A DNA stretch of 64,000 nucleotides from the NCBI RefSeq assembly GCF_006345805.1, contig NC_043007.1, positions 66,092,001 to 66,156,000 of the forward strand, in the 5' to 3' direction. How positions within the stretch are numbered: position 1 is the first letter of the stretch; each line of letters starts with the position of its first letter. A program made the position numbers and the translations under genes. Origin of the DNA: Octopus sinensis (Eukaryota). This document shows positions 24,976 to 37,829 of the stretch, in pieces. The notes under the pieces were generated by a model. It did no database searches and had not been told where the DNA came from. It saw only the letters and a list, made by a program, of their open reading frames with translations.

Positions 24976-25709
24976 AATTATCATTATTATTATTTAACAG
25001 CAGCAGCAGCAGTAGTAGTAGTAGATGCAGTAGTAGTAGTAGTAGATACAGAAGCAGTAGTGGTCGTAGTAGTAGTTGTTGCTGTTGCTGTTGTTGTATC
25101 AGCTCTACATATGAACAATCAATCCTTTGGAATAAATTCACATCTGCAATTTGTCACCGATGTGCCTTTCCATTTCTTAACGACAGTGGGTGAGATTTCA
25201 AGCGAATTCAGCTACTATTTCTAGGAAGCCAACCGACCTGCACAGAATATCCCACCACCACCACCACCACCACCACCATCGTCCACTCATCTTGTTGTGA
25301 ATAATGTTAATATGATCAATTCAATATAGATGTTTTATCTCAATAGTTTTGTTGTTTTGATTTTCTTTTGGATTTTTTTTGCTTAGTTTTGTGATTGTTT
25401 TCTTTGTTGTTGTTGTTGTTGCTGCTGTTATTGTTGTTGATAACGTTATGGTCAATTCAATACAGCCGTTTGATCTCAGTAGTCATGTTCTTAATGTTTT
25501 CGTTATGGTCAATTATTGTTCGGTGGTGTTCATCACTCGATGTTGTTAATGATATTGTTGTAGATTGTTCATCTAAATAATTCCGTTCGTCTTTGTTTTT
25601 ACACTTGTTCTTCTTGCCACTGTAGTTTTTGATGATCGATGTTTTATTACTATTATTAAAATTATTGTTTCATTTCCTTAGTATTATTATTATTATTATT
25701 ATTATTATT

Positions 25710-26245
25710 GAGTGAGTGAGCAGAGCATGCCATCAAAGTGACACTGGGGTAAAATATACGAAGCCCAGTATACCCATCATGACTACCCGTCTGATAAGGG
25801 TACACCAGGCACATGCATCACAACCATATGTGCGCGACATGGTGATCTCATATCAAGATAAACAGCACATGACCTTGCAGGTGGAGCCCAGTTAGAATTT
25901 TCTTCAGATCGAGTAACCCATCCCGCTCAAAAGGTCCCTGAATAAGGGTTGTTTAAGGACGTTGAACGAAACACCCATGTTTCCAGAGGTGAATTATTCA
26001 AACCCCAAAGAATCCTTCTCAACACATGGTTATGATGCTCCCCCACTACTTCTGCTCGTGATCAGAGATGCACATATCGTCAGCCACTAAGGGACATGCT
26101 CAACTGACAAGCAAATCTGTGATATTGAACAGAATATTTGCTGTAGCCCATCTTTTATACCAAGACAAAACAATGTACATGATAACACTTCCAATCAGTT
26201 AAGATCAGAAGCCATGAGAGCCACTGCCTGGTACTACATCAGGGC

Positions 26246-26247
<2 letters not shown>
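25710..26247 (-). mobile_element. Unclassified ~540-bp element embedded in a (TTA)n tract
   Basis: Non-coding block of higher GC with (TTA)n on both sides (25682-25709 and 26248-26303). Strand inferred from a putative (AAT)n tail. Confidence 0.4.
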
Positions 26248-26303
<56 letters not shown>

Positions 26304-26384
26304 GATGCAGCTGGCATAATTATTGGGAAAAAAAAACGTTTAACGTTTATATTTTGTTTGTTTTGTTTTCTGGTCCTCTCCGTT

Positions 26385-28230
26385 TTAATTTCCAACCCTA
26401 CGAAGATCAACTTTGCCTTTCAGTCTCTTCGGGTTTCGATAAAATGAAGTCCTAGTCAAACATTGGGCTAATTCGTATCGATTAACATCCTTTCCTAAAA
26501 TTTCTGGTTTTGTGCTTAAAACAGATGCCTATATTATTTTTGGTAGAATCGTTAGAACACCGGACAAAATGTTTTTCATTTTTCATCCAGATCTTTATGT
26601 TCTGAGTTCAAATTCTGTTCGGGTCAACTTTACATTTCATACTTTCAGAGTCGATTGTACCTGTTCCTCTTATAAGTGCTTACCTTGAATCTAAATTAAA
26701 AAGGTTATTGGCTGAGCTGTTCGAGCGTTTGATTCAATGCAGAATTTGTTCTGACACTCGTTGCTCTGAGTACGAGTCCAGTCGATTTCAACAATTTAAG
26801 GCAGTGGGCTGGCAGAATCGTTAGCGCATCAGACAAAATGCTTAGCGCCATTTCTTCCGGTTTTAAGTTCTGAGGGGAAATTCCATCACGATCGACTTTG
26901 CCTTTCATTCTTTCGGGGTCGATAAAATAATCACTGGAGTCGATACAACCGACTAGCACCCTCCCACAAAATTTAAGGCCTGGTGCCTAGCGTAGGAAGG
27001 ATATTAACATGGCAGCCATTTGGATTTGATAAAATCGTTAAAGCATCGGAAAATTTGCCTTTCCATATTTCCTCCGGCTTTCCACGTACTGAATTCAAAT
27101 TCCACCGAGGTCAACTCTGCTTTTCATCAACACGGGACAATAAACTGTAGTACCAGTCAAGCACTGGGGTCGCAAGAATCGACTAGCCGTCTCCCTTTAA
27201 ACTTAATGGTTTTGTGTTAAAATCAAAGACAATTATTCTTATCAGGGAAGTTATTTTTTGTTGTCGTTCTGAGAATATAAGATGTTGGTGACAGGGCAGC
27301 GAGCTGGCAGAAACGTTAGCACGCCGGTTGAAATGCGTAGCCGTATTTCGTCTGCCGTTACGTTCCGAGTTCAAATTCCGCCGAGGTCGACTTTGCCTTT
27401 CATCCTTTCGGGGTCGATAAATTAAGGACCAGTTACACACTGGGGTCGATGTAATCGACTTAATCCGTTTCTCTGTCCTTGTTTGTCCCCTCTGTGTTTA
27501 GCCCCTTGTGGGTAGTAAAGAAATAGGTATTTGTCTGCTGCTACGTTCTGAGTTCAAATTCCGCCGAGATCGACTTTGCCTTTCATCCTTTCGGGCTCGA
27601 TAAAATAAGTACCAGTTACGCACTGGGATCGATATAATCGACTTAATCCGTTTGTCTGTCCTTGTTTGTCCCTTCAGTGTTTAGCCCCTTGTGGGTAGTA
27701 AAGAAATAGGTATTTCGTCTGTCTTTATGTTCTGAGTTCAAATTCCGCCGAGGTCGACTTTGCCTTTCATCCTCTCAGGGTCGATAAAATAAGTACCAGT
27801 TGCATACTGGGGTCGATCTGATCGACTGGCCCCCTCCCCCAAAATTTCGGGCCTTGTGCCTAGAGTAGAAAAGAATCGTTAGCACGTCTCACAAAAACGC
27901 ATTGCGATATTTTTCCAGCGATTATGTATTGAGTTCAAATTCTACCGAGTTCAGCTTCGCCTTTCATCCATTCAGGGTCCATAAAATAAGTACCATTTGT
28001 GTACCGGGGCCGCCTGTCATCCATTCGGGGTCCATAAAATAAGTATCATTTGTGTATCCCTCCCCCGAAATTGCAGCCCTGTTTTAATATTTGGAACCGA
28101 TTTATTTTTTTCTAATTGAAAGCAGTGAACTGACAGAATTGTTTGCACTCCAGGCAAAATGCTTAGCGGCATTTCGTCTGTCTTTATGTTTTGAGTTCAA
28201 ATTCCAACGAGGTCTACTTTGCCTTTCATA
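26385..28230 (+). mobile_element. Head-to-tail cluster of about 7 SINE family A copies, including an internal trimer
   Basis: Heads near 26540, 26800, 27010, 27293 and 28122. Body unit restarts at 27343, 27527 and 27710. A further partial duplication lies at about 27965-28060. Confidence 0.85.
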
Positions 28231-28281
28231 GAAATAATTTTCTTTTGGCATAGAAATAATTTTCTTTAGCCCTTATTTGCG

Positions 28282-28381
28282 AGTTGTTTATAATTTTAAC
28301 CTTAACGGTATTTTAATATGCTGCCTCATTTTCTGATGAAATTTTTTTTCTGTAAAAAAACTTCATCCTATATTAGTAGTA
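28282..28381. repeat. Copy 1 of a ~100-bp direct repeat
   Basis: AGTTGTTTATAATTTTAACCTTAA.GGTATTTTAATATGCTGCC...TCCTATATTAGTAGTA is repeated at 28759-28857. Confidence 0.9.
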
Positions 28382-28758
28382 GACTTATTACTATTCGCTA
28401 TAGGGTCTGGTAACCACTATAAGCAGTAGTGGGGAACAGTTCACACTTGTGCTGAGGTTGACCAAAGGATTTTATATTTAGATATATCTGGGGTACTTAT
28501 GTGTACTTATGATTTTTGCTTCGGCTTTTTCAATGGGAGCTTGTAAGTATTTCATTTATGTGTTTTCGTATTTTCTACGGAAGAGGAAAAAATCTATTAT
28601 GAGATTAATTCAGAAATCGATTCAATATAGAAATAACGAACTTTCTTTAAAAATTTCTATTGGCCAGCTTTCCTCGATTTCAGCTATACGTCTTTTCTGT
28701 AGCGAGTAAATAATACGTGGAAATTGACGATTTAAAAGTCTGTTATCAGCATATTATA

Positions 28759-28857
28759 AGTTGTTTATAATTTTAACCTTAAAGGTATTTTAATATGCTG
28801 CCACAATTTCTGATGAAATGTTTTTCTGTAAAAAAGCTTTATCCTATATTAGTAGTA
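28759..28857. repeat. Copy 2 of a ~100-bp direct repeat
   Basis: Aligns by eye with 28282-28381. Confidence 0.9.
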
Positions 28858-28860
28858 TAT

Positions 28861-28901
<41 letters not shown>

Positions 28902-28989
28902 AGAGTTCACGAAAAAAGACAGAAGACGAAGACAGGTGATGTACAAAACAAACAGATGTATTTCTATAACACTCAGGAATAGAAAAAAT

Positions 28990-29026
28990 CTTTTACGTTT
29001 CGAGCCTACGCTCTTCTACAGAAAAG
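28990..29026 (-). ncRNA. Minimal hammerhead-ribozyme-like motif (variant core)
   Basis: Minus strand: CTTTT-CTGTAGA-A-GAGC-GTAG-GCTC-GAAA-C-GTA-AAAG. Perfect 4-bp stem II and GUA triplet; A6 is replaced by U. Confidence 0.45.
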
Positions 29027-29310
29027 GACACAGATAAAATAAAAGGAGAGAAACAAGGAGAGAAAAAATGTGTGTAGTAGCTACCGATCTATCATGGCGA
29101 CTGCCGGACAGAAGGGTCACACAGGAGAGCGAAGAATTAGGGGAGATCGACAAAAAAAAACACCAGAAAATGCAGGAAAGTTTAGAAAGCATAATAATAA
29201 TTGTAATGATAATAATAGTAGTTTTACGTAAAGTTCAAAGGTTTAGATGTCGTGGTGTATTGTATGGATTTTTCATCAAGAGTAGAGTCCACAGTGATCC
29301 ATACGTAGGA

Positions 29311-29379
<69 letters not shown>

Positions 29380-30351
29380 GGTGTGGGTGTATGTGTGTAT
29401 GTTTATGTATGTGTGTGTGTGTGTGTGCTTTTGTGCTTGCGATGTGTTTGTCATCGCAACTTAGCGATACGGCGCAAAAGACCCCGACGAAAATAAAAAT
29501 AAATGAAACGTTTTTGGTATTGAAATATAGATAAATGGAAATGACTCGTCCCGTTTATTATTTCGAACGCAGTGACTGCCGTGGTGGTGGAGAAATTAGT
29601 GGAAGTAGTGGTGGTGGTTGTTCTGCTGCTGGTACTGGTTGCGGCGGGGGTGGTGGTCTCTTATCAGATATAAATGAGCAAAGGGGTGTATATCTATGAG
29701 GGATAACAGATAAGAAAACTGAAAATATGGGAAAATGAAAAAAACAAACAGTAATAAATTTGAGGATTTTAATATAAAATTTAAAGAAAACTGTTCCTAA
29801 ACATACCAAAATATTTCAAGAGAGACAAAGAAACGTAAAGAATAATGGCACCGAGATATTCAAGAAATATAATAACCAGAGAATCTTAATACAATAGATC
29901 GGCTAGCCAATTTTTAACATTTGGAAAATAGACATAAATTTACTTTTATTGACATTGAAATGAAACAGAATGATAAAAAAGCCGTTTTGTGTTGTATTTG
30001 TGGTTGTCAATATGTAGTATATAAGAGCACACATACACATGCACACACAAAAATATGTATACATATTTATATGTATGAGCAAAAGTACATACATATATGT
30101 GTGTGTATGTGTGTGTGCATGCGTATGCTACAAACGTATACGCACGCACACGCAAATATACACACATATACACATACGTATATATAAACATTTACATGTT
30201 TGAATATATATGAGTGCTTAAACATATATATACACACATATTTGCGTGCGTGTATGTTTGTGTGTGTGTGTGTGCATGTGTATACATATATACATACATC
30301 ATAAACATATATTCACACTTAAAAATTGATACGTATGCTTAAATATATTTA

Positions 30352-31185
30352 CAGGCCTACCTCGACTTAAGTTGTTTCGATTTAAGTCGTCCTCGATTAT
30401 ACGTCGGTTTCCAAAAATAATATATGGGAAAATAAGGATCAAGTCATTTTACTCGACTTTACGTCCGTCCACCACAAATATTGAAATCGTAAAATCACTA
30501 GAAATCCGTTAAAAGCATATAAAATCATGTTACTGTATAATAAATAAGAATCAAAGCATATAAATTCATATTAAAATACATACAGTAAATGTTAAGATAC
30601 ACACCATAAAGTAGTGAAGCTTAGTGAACGAAATCATGAAATCAGCTGTGTTGCCTTATTTATCGGTCTTTCGGAGCTCATATTGCACTGTGATTCCGAC
30701 ATCTACCGTTAGCCGTCATTGTTGCTCGTGATTCCCACGATTGTTTTGAATTTAGATTTGTTTACATCTGTTTTTCATTAGTGACTTTATTTTTTGCCCC
30801 CATATCTCCTAACTAAATGCATAGCGAAAGTGCTAAGCGCCATGCTATACTGCTGGAAGATAAACTGGCTAGGATAAAACGCCATGAAAAAGGTGAAAAA
30901 GTGGTAGCAATTACACGATCTTTTGGGATGAGTCGGACACCTGTATCGACGATCGGACAAAATAAGGACAAGTTTTTTGCATACATGGTTTTTATTAACC
31001 ATGTATTATTGAAAATCCGTTCGTAAATAAACTACAGAACTGGGAAAGGTTATTATCGGTTTTGCCTAGAGACAAGTAAATTCGGCCTATCCCACCCTAG
31101 AGACAAGTTAATTCGACTTATGTAGTTTTTCGACTGAAGTCGTGTCTCCTGTAACCAATTAACGACGTAGGGTGAGGTATGCTTG
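30352..31185 (+). mobile_element. Internally deleted Tigger/pogo DNA transposon
   Basis: TA on both flanks. Degenerate TIRs CAGGCCTACCTCGACTTAAGTTG and (reverse complement) CAAGCATACCTCACCCTACGTCG, 16/23 identical. ORF 30817-31026 KRHAILLEDKLARIKRHEKGEKVVAITRSFGMSRTPVSTI is a CENP-B/psq-type HTH. Confidence 0.8.
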
Positions 31186-31675
31186 TATACGTTAAAGTGT
31201 GCGTACGCGCGTTTGTGCACGGCATGTATGCATGTATGTATGTGTGTGTATGCATGTATGCATGTGTGTGTATGTGTGCGTGTGCATATGTAATATATGT
31301 ATGTATATGTGTACGTTTGTATGTATGTATTCTGCATATACATGTGTTTGTGTGTTCGTGCTTGTGTGTCTTTATGTCTGTGCATGTGTGTGTGTGTGTG
31401 TGCGTGTCTGAATGTGTATGTGTGTGTGTGTGTGTATGGATTTTTTGTAACTATGTACTGTTTGTATGGAAGTGTATCTCCATATGTGTGGACGTGTTCT
31501 CCATGTGTCCTTGTGTGAAGTGAAGTGTGTGTATCTGGTCATGTGTTTCAGTCTTCATTTGTGTGTGTGTGCATATGTGTGCTTGTCTGTTCATATTATC
31601 TATGTATCTATCTGTCTGTATGTCTATCTGTTTACTTTCATATCCATTTGCCTACACACGTGTACATAAACATAT

Positions 31676-31728
<53 letters not shown>

Positions 31729-31769
31729 CATAGATACACTCAGACATGCACACACAATGAGACAGAGGT

Positions 31770-31803
<34 letters not shown>

Positions 31804-31985
31804 ACACAAACATGAACACACAAACACATGAATATGCAGAATACATACATTCAAACGTACACACATACGCTCACATACAAACACACACATACATATATGT
31901 ATACACACTTACAAGCATGCATGCATACATGCACACATACACATACATGTTTATGCACACACACACACACACACACACACTGACC
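31186..31985. repeat. Degenerate (TG)n/(TA)n/(CA)n microsatellite region
   Basis: Direct reading. Confidence 0.9.
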
Positions 31986-32755
31986 ACACACATGCGCACA
32001 AGCAAGCAAAAAGAACGCAGCTTGTATAACGGACAGAGTCAACAACTATTGAAAAGATTGCAAGGCAACGAAAATCTTAGAAAAGTAAGTAAATGAGTGG
32101 AAATATTACCGGTGAGTGTGTTAAATTATAAGGCACTAAAAGAGAATGACTCTCCCCAGCCACAACAGTATATATATATATGCTGAGGGCTTCTTTCAGT
32201 TTCCATCTACCAAATCAACTCATAAGGCTTTGGTTCGCCTATGGCTATAGTGTAACTTGCCCAAGGTGTCATACATACATACATACATACATACATACAT
32301 ACATACATACATACATACATACATACATACATACATACATACATACATACGTACGCATCCACACACATTCTTACATAAATAAGATCTATGACAAACAGCT
32401 TATGGATTTTCTTATGTGTCGATTAATTCTTTTTTTCCTACTGTTTATTGATATTAAGTATTTCTCTGCATCTTTTGTGTCCTAGCAGTTATTCTGCTTC
32501 GTTGCGGGGTCTCCATTCATATAAATATATATATATATATATAGCAATTAAGGACAACCACTTAATAAGGAAAACTTAACAAGAAATTGTCAGGTAGATA
32601 GCGTAAAAACCTCATAAGAGAAAAAATTTCGAAAATAATTATTTCTTATTGAACATTCGGTGGGATTAGTAATATTTTTGGTAGAAATGACTGATTGTCC
32701 CTCTTAGCGTTTGGCATGTATGTATAATGCCCTCTATATATAAATAAAATATATA

Positions 32756-32822
<67 letters not shown>

Positions 32823-32841
32823 GTATATATATGTATATGTA

Positions 32842-32897
<56 letters not shown>

Positions 32898-34074
32898 TGA
32901 TGTAACGGTGATGTTGGTGCAACCAATACGTCACCCCATCTCACAGCTACAGTCTACATAGAAAGAGAGAGAGAAAAAGTGAGATGCGAAGAAAAGATTT
33001 TAGTATTTGTTAGACTTTACTTCTCGACTCCGAATTATGAGACAGAGAATACGATTCTCCTCGGTCGGATTTGAACTTAGAGCGCAGGAACAAATGCCAC
33101 AATACGTACTGTCTGACACTGCCAATTCGTCGCCTCACATCAGCATAAATAGTTACCAACATGACTATTCTGCACGTCAAGAGTTAGGCTTTTAAAATCC
33201 TTAACGATAGAAGTAAATCAAACACGTATTTGAAATGTCCTACATTAGGATTTCCGATTCAGGCTCAAGGCCAGCTGTTTCGAAGGATGGGGATCATATG
33301 CCACCTTCAACTCGAGTACTTGACTTGTACTTTATTTTATCGATCCCAAAATTACGCAAGGCAAAGTTGGTTTTTACCGGACTTGAACACAGAATGAAAA
33401 AACCCACAGGCTCTTTCAGTTCTGAGTTTTTAAAAAACTGATTTATTTTCCGGCCATTTATGTCTGAGTTCAAATCCCGACGAGATGAAGGTGCCCTTTC
33501 ATCCTTTCAGATTCGATAAAATAAAGTGTCAGTCAAATACGTTTTATAAAGATCAATGAATTTATGCAAATCGCAGGGGAAGGGGAAGAGTGCATGACCC
33601 TCATCTGTGCTCCCAAAATAAATTGGAGAAAGAGAGGATGGTGTTCATGACCCTTCATAATGCCCTGCAAGCGTGGTGGGAGAAAAAGAGGATCTAAGAA
33701 CTGGACGAATGCTAGCAATAAATTGGATTTGATTCTGTTGAAGGCGTCGAAGAGCTATGAGGTGGATTTTAAGAGGATAACAGAATTAATCTACCACTAA
33801 GAAGAGAAACAACCCCTTCTACAAGCTTCCATACAGTTTCCGTCTACTATATTTTAGTCACAAGTTTTTCGTCGACACAAAGCAACAATAGAGGATGCCC
33901 AAGGAGCTGCGTGGTACGATCGAACTTCAAACAACGTATTTTCCATGTGGAATGTTTAACTACTCAGCCAACGTATTTTCCTATTGTAAACGATATCACA
34001 AAGCAATAAGTCTGACTGGTTAAAATGATGTAATCTAGACAAAAGCAGTCCTAATTTTCAGACTTCTAGAAATA

Positions 34075-34418
34075 TTACAGATTTATTTGCCTGCATATAC
34101 ACAACATTATAAAATGTATGCATACGAACACATACTCGTATACACACATATACCTATTACAACATGCATACATGTGCATATACAAGTATAAAGCACACGC
34201 ATAAATGTACATACAGGTACACATATATATATATATATGTGTGTGAGAGAGTATATACACACACAGAGATATACCCACATAAATATATATGCACTTACAT
34301 ACATATATGTAATGTATGTGATTGTATGTCAATTTTATATATGAATAAAATGCATATATGTACGCATGTATATATATGCATGTGTGTATATATGTTTGCA
34401 TATATATGTGTGTGCGTA

Positions 34419-34496
<78 letters not shown>

Positions 34497-34730
34497 ATAT
34501 ACTTAAAACCACGCGCATATATACATATGTATATATCTATATACGTTATATACATACACACACATATATGTGCATGCATATATATATATGTTTATGTGTG
34601 CATTATACGCACATATATGCATACATATATACATACATACATACATACATACATACATACATACATACATACATACATACATACATACATACATACATAC
34701 ACACATACACACGCACCCATATTTATATAT
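34075..34730. repeat. (TA)n/(CATA)n microsatellite region
   Basis: Direct reading. Confidence 0.9.
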
Positions 34731-35327
34731 AAATAATTACGTGTGACAAGAAATCAAGACGTGACTGTTTTTCAAAATCTGGAGACATTCTTTGTAAAAC
34801 GTGACAATTAGAAGAAATTTCCGTCTTTGCTAAAGACAAACTTTCAGCCACACCACCACCACCACCACTACCGCTACTACCACCAGCCACATTAACCGCA
34901 CTCTCAAGAATACCACCAACACCTCCATTACTACATCTCCCAAGCGGCACATCATGACCACCACTACCACTGCCGACAGCTGCGTCACTACCGTCACCGC
35001 CGTCCCCACCACCACCACCGCCATTAAAATAACTGCTACCATCAGATTACAATCTGGAGCCATTTCCATTACTGCCATTTTACTCTTATCGTTAACGTTA
35101 AACTGAAATAGCCTGGCCAATTGTCAACTTAGACAAAACTCTTCTTGCACCATCTCTGCTCTCCCAAACACAATCACCAACATCTCTGTAACCCTCAACG
35201 CCACCATTGTAACCTGTATCAACAGAAACGCCATAACAACTAGGAAGCGAACCCTCTGCATTATTATTCTCTCAGCTAGAAACTGCAGCCAAATCCCCTT
35301 CACGCTTGTATGTGATTCAGTGTTATT

Positions 35328-35368
<41 letters not shown>

Positions 35369-36005
35369 CCAGTATAGTTGCTATTCGATCATGTCTGATC
35401 TGTACAATAACGATTACTGCAACAAGAATATCAGCTACTAATACTAATATTGCTGCTACTAACTACCACTGTTACTTCCACCAATGCTACAATATATAGT
35501 AACACAAGAAAGAAGCTTGCTTCTCAAATATGTGGTTTTGTTTTGAGTCTAGATCTACTATGTAGCACCTTGGGCGAGTGACTTTTCTACCACAACCACG
35601 GGTCAACTATATCCTTTTTAGTGGATTTGATTGACGGAAACCACTTTAAACCACCAACACTGCTTTCATCTGAAATGTTACTGCAAACGCTAACAACAAC
35701 AACAACAACCAATAACAGCAATACTAACATGAACAACAATCATGGGTAATGTCACCATAATCACAACCAACGCATTTCGTTTAAAAAAAATACTCATCAC
35801 CATCACCGACCCCACTGCATACACCACCACAATCTCCATCATTACCAGCCAGAAAACTTTTGTATGGTCGCTTGCCCTGGGAGAAATAGCAGCTAAAATC
35901 TCACTAAAAGCACATCCTCACAATCTTGAAAATAAATGGAAGGACACATTACCCATTTAAATCCTAGATAAACAGCAGCAAAATTCGATATAGTCATGTC
36001 TAAAA

Positions 36006-36556
36006 TGCTACTTTAGCGTGCGGTCTACCGACGTATCTGTAGTCTATGCAATGGAATGACCTGATTTAGACTAGCATTAGGGTTAGCGTTTAGAGTTATA
36101 GTTAGGGCCTAGTGTTTAGGGTTAGGGCTTGAGTTTAGTGCCGGAGTTTAGGATTTAAGATTAGAGTTAATGTTTAGGGTCAGGAATTACGGTTAATATT
36201 ATGGTTAGAGTTAAGGAACAACGTTTAGGTTTATGTTGAGGGTAAGGGTTAGAGTTTAGTGTACAGGGTTAGGGCTTAGGATTAGGGTGAGTTGTCGCTT
36301 AGGATCGGGATTAGGGCTAGAGTTAGAGTTAGGGTTAGGGTTTAGGTTAGGCTTAGGCTTAGGCTATGGCTTTACGGATAGGGTTTAGGGTTAGAGATAG
36401 GGTTTCGGGTCAGGGTTAGGGCTTAGGGTTAGGTTTAAGGTTAGGGTTTAGGGTTGGAGTGAGGGTAACTGTTTAGGATTAGGGTTAGAGTTAGGGTTAG
36501 GATTAGATTGCACGTTTCAGTGTATGCGGACACGCAAACCGCACGCTAAAGTGGCA
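36006..36556. mobile_element. TIR (MITE-like) element filled with degenerate telomere-like (TTAGGG)n
   Basis: TIRs TGCTACTTTAGCGTGCGGT (36006-36024) and ACCGCACGCTAAAGTGGCA (36538-36556), 18/19 complementary. CTAAAA on both outer sides (36000-36005 and 36557-36562). GGGTTA-like array at about 36070-36507. Confidence 0.75.
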
Positions 36557-37773
36557 CTAAAATGTCTTTCTTTTATGATAAGGGCTGACTCGAAGCCCCA
36601 GGACAACAGCTATAACAACAACTTCAGCAGTATGGCACCATCATCAACTTCTTCGAGCTCCTGCCAACAAGCGAGCCTCTACGCGGTTGCTTGACGTGAT
36701 ATAAATAGCAGTCAAAATTCCCCTTATTATATCTTATAATCTTCAAAACAAAGTCATGTTGGATAATATAGGCTCGGTTTTCTACAGATAGGCGTTTTTA
36801 TTACATTTTACTATCTTTATTTTAAATTTGGATCGTTCCAAGGCTTATGGGGAAAATTGGGTCGACGGATGTGCCTCTTGTGAGATGTTGTAATGGTGGT
36901 GATGGTGGTGGTGGTGGTTATGGTAGTATTCTTGGGACTGCGGTTAATGTGGCTGATGGTAGCAGCGGTGGTGGTGGTGGTGGTGGTGGTGGTGGTAGAT
37001 GACCGCCTTATACGGTACAGCCTTGTCACACACTATGTCACACACTATGCCACACCAACTGTCCCTCATGCTTACATTAATAATACACGTGTCAGTGGAA
37101 TATTCAGCCATTTACACATTAATTCTGTGGGCAGTTTATTCGGTTGGTCGAACTATCGTCGAAACCGCCAAAGATCCATTTACTTTTGTTTTACATCAGG
37201 ATTAACTCGGTAATGACCAGCAACATCGACTAGTCCCCTGCCCCACTATTTTCGGCTTTGTTCATATAATAGAAATGATTATTACAATCCACAAGGACGA
37301 ACGAGGGGGACTCTGCCTGATCAGTGCACTTGTATACAGGAGCACAGATCCTGTATACCTTCATAAATAAAGGAACGCCGAATAATGACAAGTTTGTTAC
37401 GGCTGGAATGTCTATGATCATAGGTTTCTTTAATCAGGATTAACCTGGGGTTAAATCTACTACAACTTTCCCGCCACAACCACCACGAATAGCAGAGAGA
37501 GCTTCTAGGTGGTCGAACAATCTGTTAGAAAGAACAACTAAATTCCTTTCAACTACACTCTACATACTAGTAAAAAATTTTAAAATATAGTCCTAACACA
37601 GTAATGTTTGTCGCCACATCAATATGGCTGTTCCATAAGAATCGACGTTACTACCGTTTTTAAACCCAGGAAGAGCCTCTTCCAGCTGGTTGTCGATGCA
37701 ATCTGCACCCAATATATATATATATATTGCAAGCATGGGAGCGAACCTCTACCATCTTTCAGCAGACGACAGG

Positions 37774-37824
37774 TTCTCCCGACCGTACGGTTTCGGGTTA
37801 TATATGCTCATCTTCAGGGAAGAA
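37774..37824 (-). ncRNA. Type I hammerhead-ribozyme motif with palindromic stem III
   Basis: Minus strand: TTCTTCC-CTGAAGA-T-GAGCATATATAACCC-GAAA-CCGTACGG-TC-GGGAGAA. Canonical core, GUC triplet, 7-bp stem I (one GU), 10-bp palindrome ACCGTACGGT. Stem II is partly mismatched. Confidence 0.65.
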
Positions 37825-37829
37825 AAACT

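Noticed and set aside
16583-28230. Regularly spaced repeats as a CRISPR-like array
   Set aside because: The units are ~184-220-bp SINE bodies with Pol III boxes, there are no unique spacers, the context is eukaryotic and no cas genes are present.
36070-36507. True chromosome telomere
   Set aside because: The array is short, degenerate, internal and bounded by inverted repeats.
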